Shown: piece after piece, positions 11,723-18,792 of the stretch
Numbering within the stretch: the stretch's first letter is position 1
Layout of the letters: every line of letters starts with the position of its first letter
NCBI GenBank assembly: GCA_964404395.1
Contig: CAYOKA010000003.1
Coordinates: 1-42,579 of the forward strand
Origin: an uncultured Oscillospiraceae bacterium
Lineage (GTDB): Bacteria > Bacillota > Clostridia > Acetivibrionales > DTU013
DNA length: 42,579 bases
Reading direction: 5' to 3'
Position numbers and translations under genes: made by a program
Notes under the pieces: generated by a model
What the model saw: the letters and a program-made list of their open reading frames with translations, nothing else
Told to the model about the DNA's origin: nothing
Databases searched by the model: none

Positions 11723-14404
11723 GTGTCCTATTTGAGAAGACAGATTACTTCGGCAGAAGAGGTGCATAACAGCCTGCATAGTGGGGCCCACAGTGGCCTT
11801 AGTGAGAAGGAAGCAAAAAAGAAACTACTTGAACATGGCCCAAACCTCTTGGCTGAAAAAAGGAAAATATCTCCTGTAAAGCTGCTGTTAAACCAGTTTA
11901 CTGATATTATGGTCATAATACTGATGGTTGCAACGGCAATTTCTGCGTTTATGGGTGAAATGACAGAAGCGATTACAATTATTGCGATTGTAGTGCTTAA
12001 CGCCATTCTGGGTTTTGTTCAGGAATTTCGGACGGAAAAAACGATGGAAGCGCTTAAAAGACTGACTGCTCCTGCCGCTAAGGTTATGCGCAGTGGTAGG
12101 CAGGTTAGCATCCCTGCGAAACAGATCGTTCCGGGAGATGTGATTGTACTTGAGGCAGGAGATCGTATAGCAGCTGACGGGGTTGTGCTGGAAAGCACGA
12201 ATATTCAGGTGGATGAGTCTCTTCTTACGGGCGAGTCGGTGCCTGTTGAGAAGTATATAGCATCTGAAAGAATTGAGCAGGGTCACGAGGATAATAAAAA
12301 TAAGGTCTTTATGGGAACCAGTGTAACAAGAGGCAGGGCAAGAGCGCTGGTAACAGCAACGGGAATGAACACCGAAATGGGCAGCATTGCAGGAATGATA
12401 CAAGATATCCAGGAAGAACAGACTCCCCTCCAGAAGAGGCTGTCAAAGCTTGGGAAGATCATTGCAGCAGGATGCTTGATTATATGTGCAATTGTGGCTG
12501 CTGCAGGGATTCTGAGGGGCGAGGAGGTATTTTCAATGCTGCTTTCGGGAATAAGCCTTGCCGTAGCAGCAGTACCTGAGGGACTTCCTGCGCTCGTCAC
12601 AATCTCGTTGGCACTTGGTGTTCAACGTATGCTCAAAAGAAATGTACTTATAAGGAGGCTTCCTGCTGTTGAAACGTTGGGATGTGCAAGTGTAGTTTGC
12701 TCCGACAAGACAGGGACGCTGACACAGAATAAAATGACAGTTAGGAGGATATTTTCCGGGAACAGGTTTGTAGAACTGAAGGATAACGACAGATCCGGTC
12801 ATTTCTTTTTTTCGGGAGGCAGGTCAATTAAACCGCTCAAAGACAGTGTGCTGAGGCTTACACTGGAAATTGCGTCAGTATGCAATAATGCCGGTCTTAT
12901 AAGTGAAAAGCTCAAGCGCAATGAGCAAAAATGGAATTATACCGGGGATCCAACGGAGGGCGCACTGATGGCAGCCTCGGCAAGAGCCGGTCTGACTCCT
13001 GATGTGCTTGCGTCCATGTATTATAGAATAGATGAAATCCCCTTTGACTCAGATAGAAAATGCATGTCTGTAGTGTGCAGCAACAAAAAAAACGCAACCT
13101 TTGTATTTACAAAGGGCGCACCTGATATGCTTTTAAACAAATGTACTGCCGTTTATCAATCAAAGGGCATCACGGTTCTTTCACGGGAATTGAGGACAAA
13201 GATAATAAAAACTAATGATGCAATGGCGCAGCAAGCTTTGAGAGTGATTGCCGTTGCGTATAAGGAGCTTGATTCACTTGCCTATGATAGGGATGGACTG
13301 GAGTCGGGGCTAATATTTGTCGGCCTTATGGGGATGCTTGATCCGCCGCGGCCGGAGACGGCGGAGGCCGTTCTCAGGTGCAGATTGGCGGGCATTAGAC
13401 CTGTAATGATTACGGGGGATCATAGGCTGACGGCAGTTGCTATTGCAAAGGAGCTGGATATATACACAGAAGGGGACAAGGTGCTTACAGGTATCCAGTT
13501 GGATCAAATGGATGAAAAAGGTCTCGAAGAGATAGCACCGGATGTGAGCGTATATGCCAGAGTGTCACCAAAGCACAAGCTGATGATTGTAAAAGCTTTA
13601 AAGCGAGCAGGCAACATTGTTGCCATGACAGGTGATGGTGTTAATGATGCTCCGGCGGTCAAGGAAGCCGATATTGGAATCGCAATGGGACGGTCGGGTA
13701 CCGATGTGACAAGAGAAGCCTCATCAATGGTGCTTCTAGATGACAATTTTGCTACCATTATTGCTGCAATTGAGGAAGGAAGAGTCATCTACAATAATAT
13801 CCGTAAGTTTATCCGATATATGCTGGCATGTAATCTGGGAGAGGTATTGACAATGTTCCTTGGCATGCTTGCAGGGCTTCCGGTCCCGCTACTTCCCATA
13901 CAGATCCTCTGGATTAATCTGGTGACAGATGGCTTGCCTGCCGTGGCACTGGGCTTTGATCCTCCCGAAAAGGATGTAATGAAAAGACCGCCGAGGAAAC
14001 CCGACGAAAACATTTTTTCTCAAGGGCTTGCCGGAACAATCCTGTTTCGTGGTATTCTTATCGGCATTACAACACTGGCCGTATACGTAAGCATACTCTA
14101 TTTCACTGCCGATATCAGCGCAGCCAGAACAAGTGCATTTGTAACTTTGGTGCTAACACAGCTGATTCATGTATTTGAGTGTAAATCTGAGAGGAGAAGT
14201 ATTTTCAGGATTCCTCTCCTAAACAATATCTATCTTGTGTTGGCAGTGATTTGTTCGCTGCTAATGACCCTGGGAGTAGTATACATTCCTGCTCTGCAGA
14301 ATATTTTCAGAACCGTCCCGCTTGGCGTGAACGAATGGCTCATCACAGCAGGCCTGTCATGTCTCGGCCCAGTTTTAGCCAGCTTTAAAGGAACAAAAAA
14401 CTAA
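11723..14404 (+). CDS. cation-transporting P-type ATPase, type IIA (Ca2+-ATPase-like)
   Basis: 893 aa with TGES (LLTGESVPVEK), the phospho-aspartate motif CSDKTGTLT, MITGDH and the hinge TGDGVNDAPAVKEADIGIAMG. Its C-terminal TM block resembles SERCA/PMCA-type pumps such as YloB. Ion specificity is inferred only. TTG 11732 is an alternative start after AAGGGG. Confidence 0.85.
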   Translation: MSYLRRQITSAEEVHNSLHSGAHSGLSEKEAKKKLLEHGPNLLAEKRKISPVKLLLNQFTDIMVIILMVATAISAFMGEMTEAITIIAIVVLNAILGFVQEFRTEKTMEALKRLTAPAAKVMRSGRQVSIPAKQIVPGDVIVLEAGDRIAADGVVLESTNIQVDESLLTGESVPVEKYIASERIEQGHEDNKNKVFMGTSVTRGRARALVTATGMNTEMGSIAGMIQDIQEEQTPLQKRLSKLGKIIAAGCLIICAIVAAAGILRGEEVFSMLLSGISLAVAAVPEGLPALVTISLALGVQRMLKRNVLIRRLPAVETLGCASVVCSDKTGTLTQNKMTVRRIFSGNRFVELKDNDRSGHFFFSGGRSIKPLKDSVLRLTLEIASVCNNAGLISEKLKRNEQKWNYTGDPTEGALMAASARAGLTPDVLASMYYRIDEIPFDSDRKCMSVVCSNKKNATFVFTKGAPDMLLNKCTAVYQSKGITVLSRELRTKIIKTNDAMAQQALRVIAVAYKELDSLAYDRDGLESGLIFVGLMGMLDPPRPETAEAVLRCRLAGIRPVMITGDHRLTAVAIAKELDIYTEGDKVLTGIQLDQMDEKGLEEIAPDVSVYARVSPKHKLMIVKALKRAGNIVAMTGDGVNDAPAVKEADIGIAMGRSGTDVTREASSMVLLDDNFATIIAAIEEGRVIYNNIRKFIRYMLACNLGEVLTMFLGMLAGLPVPLLPIQILWINLVTDGLPAVALGFDPPEKDVMKRPPRKPDENIFSQGLAGTILFRGILIGITTLAVYVSILYFTADISAARTSAFVTLVLTQLIHVFECKSERRSIFRIPLLNNIYLVLAVICSLLMTLGVVYIPALQNIFRTVPLGVNEWLITAGLSCLGPVLASFKGTKN

Positions 14405-14525
14405 AGGCACTTAGCCGCCACGAATAGTAACTTTTGTAATATTGAGTTATTGTTTGAATATTATGCTGGTATGCGGCAATAATACTTATAAATAGAATGA
14501 TTTTGGAGAAATATTCTCAAAAACG

Positions 14526-14553
14526 TTTACAAAATTAATGAAGGTGGTATAAT
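14526..14553 (+). promoter_or_regulatory. promoter of the ATPase/RloB-like cassette
   Basis: TTTACA (14526-14531), a 16-nt spacer, then TATAAT (14548-14553) with an extended -10 TG (14545-14546). The -10 hexamer overlaps the longest-ORF ATG (14552), which argues that the real start is ATG 14585. Confidence 0.55.
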
Positions 14554-14584
14554 GATAGTGGATAATGACTTAGTGGGGTGTACC

Positions 14585-15814
14585 ATGTTATTACAGTTTA
14601 GATTTAAAAATTATAAATCCTTTGCCGATGAAGCAGTACTGGATTTAACTGCTACAAGTATTAGAGAGCATGTTAATAGCTTAATTGAAAAAAACGGAAA
14701 TAAAGTGTTGCCTGTTGCTGCAATTTTTGGTGCAAATGCAAGCGGAAAATCCAACATTTTTTCTGCTTTTTATAGTATGGCAAAAGATGTGCTGTCATCA
14801 TATAAAAAAGATGAAAGTCATTTTATGATTACACCCTATATATTTAGCAAAACCACTGAAAAGGAACCTACTGAATATGAGGTTAGCATTAATATTGATG
14901 ATAAAGAGTATAGATACGGTTTTGTAAGAAATCAATCACAAGTATTTGATGAATGGCTATATACAAAGAAATTTTCTAAAGGTACAAAATCAAAGGAAAA
15001 AATGATTTTTTACAGAAGTAAAAAAGTTACGGTTGGTAAATTAAATCAAGCCGAGAAAAGAGAGTTGGATTATCTTGGTAGCATGATAGATGATAATGAG
15101 TTATTAATGACTGCTATCGGTCGTAGAGAAAAAAGCGAATACAGAAATGTTTACGAATGGTTTTTATTAACATGCTTGAAACAGGATTTTTCTGATGATT
15201 CTGATGAAAAGTTGAGCACAAAATTAATAGCAGAATTTCTATATAAAAGGGAGAAAAATAAAAAGGATGTTGAGGAATTTCTCCGTAAATTTGATAGTTC
15301 AATCATCCGCTTGGAAATTTTACCCGAGAAGGATGCAGACTTAAATGAAAAATATGTTGTGTATAGCTATCATTACGATGATAATGGAACTGAAATTGAA
15401 TTACCTTTCGAGAGTGAATCCAGTGGAACGAAAAAATTGTTTGCATTAGCGGCACTGTTGTTTATTTCTCTTTATAATGGTTTGGTGCTTTGGGTTGATG
15501 AGTTAGATGGAAAATTGCACCCTTTAATTCTTCGCTATATCATAGCATTATACAGCGATAGGCAGGTAAATACGGGCAACGGGCAATTAATTTTTTCCTC
15601 ACACAATTTGGTTTGTCTGAATTCTTCGGACTTACGCCGGGATGAAATCTGGTTTGTTGAAAAAGTTAATCAAGTTTCAACCTTGTATTCTTTGTATGAT
15701 TTTAAGGAAGATGAAGTATCAATTAGATCCGATTTAAGTTTCGGTAAGCATTATTTATCAGGACGATTCGGAGCCATACCATTTCAGGATGAGGAAGATG
15801 CCAATGGGGGATGA
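14585..15814 (+). CDS. AAA_21/ABC-type ATPase (AbiLi / RloA / OLD-N-terminal-like)
   Basis: ORF 14552-15814. N-terminus MLLQFRFKNYKSF, Walker A GANASGKS, signature-like ESSGTKKLFALA, Walker B LWVDELDGKLHP, H-loop FSSHN and a terminal RRDEIWFVEK. This motif set is the one seen in SMC/ABC-like AAA_21 ATPases of OLD-family and abortive-infection systems. GGGG (14574-14577) lies 7 nt before ATG 14585. Confidence 0.8.
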   Translation: MLLQFRFKNYKSFADEAVLDLTATSIREHVNSLIEKNGNKVLPVAAIFGANASGKSNIFSAFYSMAKDVLSSYKKDESHFMITPYIFSKTTEKEPTEYEVSINIDDKEYRYGFVRNQSQVFDEWLYTKKFSKGTKSKEKMIFYRSKKVTVGKLNQAEKRELDYLGSMIDDNELLMTAIGRREKSEYRNVYEWFLLTCLKQDFSDDSDEKLSTKLIAEFLYKREKNKKDVEEFLRKFDSSIIRLEILPEKDADLNEKYVVYSYHYDDNGTEIELPFESESSGTKKLFALAALLFISLYNGLVLWVDELDGKLHPLILRYIIALYSDRQVNTGNGQLIFSSHNLVCLNSSDLRRDEIWFVEKVNQVSTLYSLYDFKEDEVSIRSDLSFGKHYLSGRFGAIPFQDEEDANGG

Positions 15815-16475
15815 TTTATTTAAAAAGAGAGGTAAGGAGCGGCGAAAAAGAGAATCTAAGGAACTGAGAACAAGATCTGAAGCATGGCTTATTGTATGCG
15901 AGGGTAAAGAGACTGAGCCAAATTACTTTAAGAGTTTGTTTAACTATGTTAACTTAAAATCTGATAGAAAAATAAATTATGTCATTAAAGGCGAGGGAAG
16001 AAACACCGAGTCACTGGTATCTTCAGTTGATGACTATTTTTCTTTTGTTGATGATTTAAAACAGAAAAAGAAAATTCCATATGGTAAGGTTTTTGTCGTT
16101 TTTGATATGGATTCCTTTGGAAAGGGACAATTCAATAATGCAATATTCACAGCATCGCGCAGTGGTTATATTCCAATTTGGTCTAACGAATGTTTTGAGC
16201 TATGGTTTTTGCTACATTTCAATTTATTGGAAAGTAACATAACAAGAGAAGAATATTTTTCAAAGCTTAGTGAAATATTTGGGACTAAGTATAAAAAGTC
16301 AGATGACCATTTTGCATTGTTGAATACTGAGGTAAACCTTAAAAATGCAATGCGAAATGCAAAGCAATTATATTGCAAAACAGAGAATATTAAGTCATGT
16401 GCTAATAGAGCCCCTTCTACTACCGTGTTTCAAATGGTAGAAGAAATTGAAGATTATATTGGAAGGAGACTTTGA
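15804..16475 (+). CDS. RloB-like protein (AbiLii-like, putative Toprim-fold effector)
   Basis: ORF 15789-16475 with WLIVCEGKETEPNYF, the acidic motif VFVVFDMD, and IPIWSNECFELWFLLHF, which are RloB-family hallmarks. ATG 15804 lies 8 nt after GAGGA and overlaps the ATPase stop (15812-15814), implying translational coupling. Confidence 0.75.
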   Translation: MGDDLFKKRGKERRKRESKELRTRSEAWLIVCEGKETEPNYFKSLFNYVNLKSDRKINYVIKGEGRNTESLVSSVDDYFSFVDDLKQKKKIPYGKVFVVFDMDSFGKGQFNNAIFTASRSGYIPIWSNECFELWFLLHFNLLESNITREEYFSKLSEIFGTKYKKSDDHFALLNTEVNLKNAMRNAKQLYCKTENIKSCANRAPSTTVFQMVEEIEDYIGRRL

Positions 16476-16502
16476 TAAATATTCTTTTAAAGGTGGCAAG
16501 CT

Positions 16503-16732
16503 GGGTGGACATGGCTGCAAATAGATGCATCATGTGGAGAAATAGCTGCAGGCTGTCTGTACTGTTGAAACTCGAATGCGGTATTAGGATCCACATCCTG
16601 CGGCACGATGCCGCAGGCGCTGGACTTAAGCCACGGACGGCGGTTGTCCTGCGCCCGCAATAGAGTGAGACAGGACACTACCAGCCTGCCTATGACGTAA
16701 CCCGATGCATAACTTTGCAGCCATACTCACCC
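16503..16732 (+). ncRNA. candidate structured RNA (unclassified) 3' of the RloB-like gene
   Basis: GC-rich segment whose 5' and 3' ends form a 22-bp interrupted closing helix: 16503-16507/16728-16732, 16511-16520/16715-16724 and 16525-16531/16704-16710. Internal helices are 16548-16555/16682-16689, a 9-bp hairpin at 16597-16617, and 16618-16625/16646-16653. Both strands read open but neither translation looks like a protein. No terminator separates it from the upstream stop codon. Strand is inferred from operon context. Confidence 0.45.
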
Positions 16733-16754
16733 ATGCCCCTCACTTGAACAGGAA

Positions 16755-16785
16755 AAAAGATTGCTACGCAATCTTTTCACCTTTT
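16755..16785. terminator. bidirectional rho-independent terminator
   Basis: AAAAGATTGC (16755-16764) pairs with GCAATCTTTT (16768-16777), giving a 10-bp perfect stem with a 3-nt loop. It is flanked by an A-run upstream and CACCTTTT downstream. It is the first terminator after the cassette. Confidence 0.65.
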
Positions 16786-16938
16786 GTCTAAAGCATGACT
16801 AACTCATTTTCATTTTTATCTAACTTCTTTGCGCAAAATTTAGTACAGAATATCAGCGAATTACCAAATCTCTAAAAAACAAAAAATAATGTGTTGGTTT
16901 CCATGCTTCATTTTTGCCGTGGGCTTTTCAAATAGTGC

Positions 16939-16967
16939 TTGAAATGCCAAACAAAAAACTATATAAT
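16939..16967 (+). promoter_or_regulatory. promoter, probably of the ABC-transporter operon
   Basis: TTGAAA (16939-16944), a 17-nt spacer, then TATAAT (16962-16967). It is followed immediately by a hairpin (AAAGCCC 16972-16978 pairing with GGGCTTT 16995-17001) and a T-run. Confidence 0.5.
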
Positions 16968-17122
16968 AGGTAAAGCCCGAAAAGTCTCGATTTGGGGCTT
17001 TTTGGTTGCAATGGATTATGAAAGCATTTTTTTACAAATTGTTCACAATTTATTAAAAAGTATATTTCATAATTGTTGTAGCGTTATATGTCGGACTGAC
17101 ATAAATAGCAGGAGGGGAAAAA

Positions 17123-18070
17123 ATGATAGAGATACAGAATTTGACCAAACGATATGGTCAGATAACAGCTGTAAATAATCTTAATTTTACTGTGAAAAAA
17201 GGCGAAGTCCTTGGATTCCTCGGCCCCAACGGAGCGGGCAAAACCACTACGATGAATATCATAACCGGCTATGTTCCGTCCAGTGAAGGTACGGTAAGTG
17301 TAAACGGATATGACATCATGGAATCACCTAAGGAAGTAAAAAAGCTTACAGGTTATCTTCCCGAGCAACCACCGGTATACATGGACATGACGGTTAAGGA
17401 TTACCTGAACTTTGTTGCCGATCTGAAACTGGTAGATAAGAAACTAAAGAAGAGTCAGTTAAGTGACATCATGGAACTTGTTAAAATAGGCGATCATAGG
17501 GACAGGCTTATTATGAATCTTTCAAAGGGGTATAAGCAGAGAGTAGGTCTTGCACAAGCCCTTGTGGGGAACCCGCAGGTTCTTGTATTGGATGAGCCTA
17601 CAGTGGGTCTGGATCCAAAGCAAATCATAGAAATCCGCAAGCTCATCAAAGCTCTTGGCAAGGAGCATACTATTATTCTCAGCTCCCATATCCTTCCTGA
17701 GGTCAGCGCCGTTTGTGAGCGGGTAGTTATTATCAACAAAGGCGAGATAGCGGCAATCGACACTCCTGAAAATCTTTCCAAGGGATACAGTGGCGCCACG
17801 AAATTCCAGGTGACCGTTGTCGGATCGAAGAACTCTGTAGAAAATGCAATCAGAGAGATTTATGGAGTTAAGTATGTAGAGGCAGGAGCAGAAAAAGAGA
17901 GGGACGCCTTTAGCTATATCGTAGAATCAGATAAAGAGATTGATGTCAGGAAGCCTCTATTCTATGCAATGGCCAAGCTGGGCTATCCCATACTTGAATT
18001 GAAGGGTCTTAACTTGAGCCTTGAGGATATATTCCTGCAAATTGTTACCCGGGAAAAGGAGGTTGATTGA
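17123..18070 (+). CDS. ABC transporter ATP-binding protein (ABC-2 / GldA-like)
   Basis: Walker A GPNGAGKTT, signature LSKGYKQRV, Walker B VLVLDEPTVGLD and H-loop SSHIL. Preceded by AGGAGGGG. Confidence 0.92.
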   Translation: MIEIQNLTKRYGQITAVNNLNFTVKKGEVLGFLGPNGAGKTTTMNIITGYVPSSEGTVSVNGYDIMESPKEVKKLTGYLPEQPPVYMDMTVKDYLNFVADLKLVDKKLKKSQLSDIMELVKIGDHRDRLIMNLSKGYKQRVGLAQALVGNPQVLVLDEPTVGLDPKQIIEIRKLIKALGKEHTIILSSHILPEVSAVCERVVIINKGEIAAIDTPENLSKGYSGATKFQVTVVGSKNSVENAIREIYGVKYVEAGAEKERDAFSYIVESDKEIDVRKPLFYAMAKLGYPILELKGLNLSLEDIFLQIVTREKEVD

Positions 18071-18073
18071 CCT

Positions 18074-18787
18074 ATGTCAGCGATATTCTGGAAAGAAATC
18101 AAATCCTATTTTTATTCACCGATCGCATATGTACTAATTGGCTTGTTAACAATCATTTCCTCATTATTGTTCTATGTGATTAACTTAACCCAGGGGTATG
18201 GCGATACAAATTGGATTTTTTCATTTTGGATTTACCTGATTGTAATGATGATATTTATTTCCGTAATTACAATGAGAAGTCTTGCGGATGAGAGGAAAAA
18301 CGGAACCGAGGTGCTGCTGATTTCTTCACCGCAAAGCATAACATCAATAGTTGTTGGCAAATACTTGGCAGCATTCAGCGTATTTTTGTGCATGGTATGT
18401 TTAACACTAATATATCCGATTGTAGTAAGTGCATTTGGTGGATTCGTTACAACGGTCACGCTTAGCGGATACATTGGTTATATATTACTGGGTGGGGCAT
18501 TTGTAGCAATAGGCATATTTGCTTCTTCCCTTACTCAAAATCAAATCATTTCTGTCATCATCAGCTTCGTCAGCATGCTGCTGATGTGGTTGATGGGCTC
18601 ACTAGCTACATCGTTTGGCGGAACAGTTTCGAAGATCCTCGCTGCAATATCACTCACATCAAGGTATGAGGATTTTAGCAAGGGGATAATTAGTTTAGGT
18701 TCTGTAGTATACTATCTGAGTTTCATTGTAGTATTTTTGTTCCTTACAATAAGGGTAATAGAAAAAAGACGCTGGAGTCAGGGGTGA
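18074..18787 (+). CDS. ABC-2 type permease (GldF-like)
   Basis: 237 aa with about 6 hydrophobic helices. It starts 4 nt after the ATPase gene stop. Confidence 0.8.
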   Translation: MSAIFWKEIKSYFYSPIAYVLIGLLTIISSLLFYVINLTQGYGDTNWIFSFWIYLIVMMIFISVITMRSLADERKNGTEVLLISSPQSITSIVVGKYLAAFSVFLCMVCLTLIYPIVVSAFGGFVTTVTLSGYIGYILLGGAFVAIGIFASSLTQNQIISVIISFVSMLLMWLMGSLATSFGGTVSKILAAISLTSRYEDFSKGIISLGSVVYYLSFIVVFLFLTIRVIEKRRWSQG

Positions 18788-18792
18788 TATAG

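Noticed and set aside
16472-16678. 63-codon ORFs on both strands over the GC-rich element.
   Set aside because: The reading frames are open on both strands, neither has an RBS, and the sequences are Cys/Arg-rich and implausible as proteins. The region is dominated by long-range base pairing, which is better explained as RNA or an inverted-repeat element.
16503-16732. Interpreting the element as a MITE, or as a known housekeeping RNA (tmRNA, RNase P, SRP, 6S).
   Set aside because: I see no target-site duplication at the ends, and the mismatches in the terminal repeats look like symmetric internal loops. None of the signature motifs I can recall is present (GAGGAAAGTCCGGGC for RNase P, GGAAGGAAGCAGC for SRP, the tmRNA 3' tRNA-like end). 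A MITE cannot be excluded without a genome-wide copy search.
16939-17178. 79-codon ORF spanning the ABC-operon promoter and leader.
   Set aside because: It starts within the -35 box, has no RBS, and overlaps the real ABC ATPase start in another frame.
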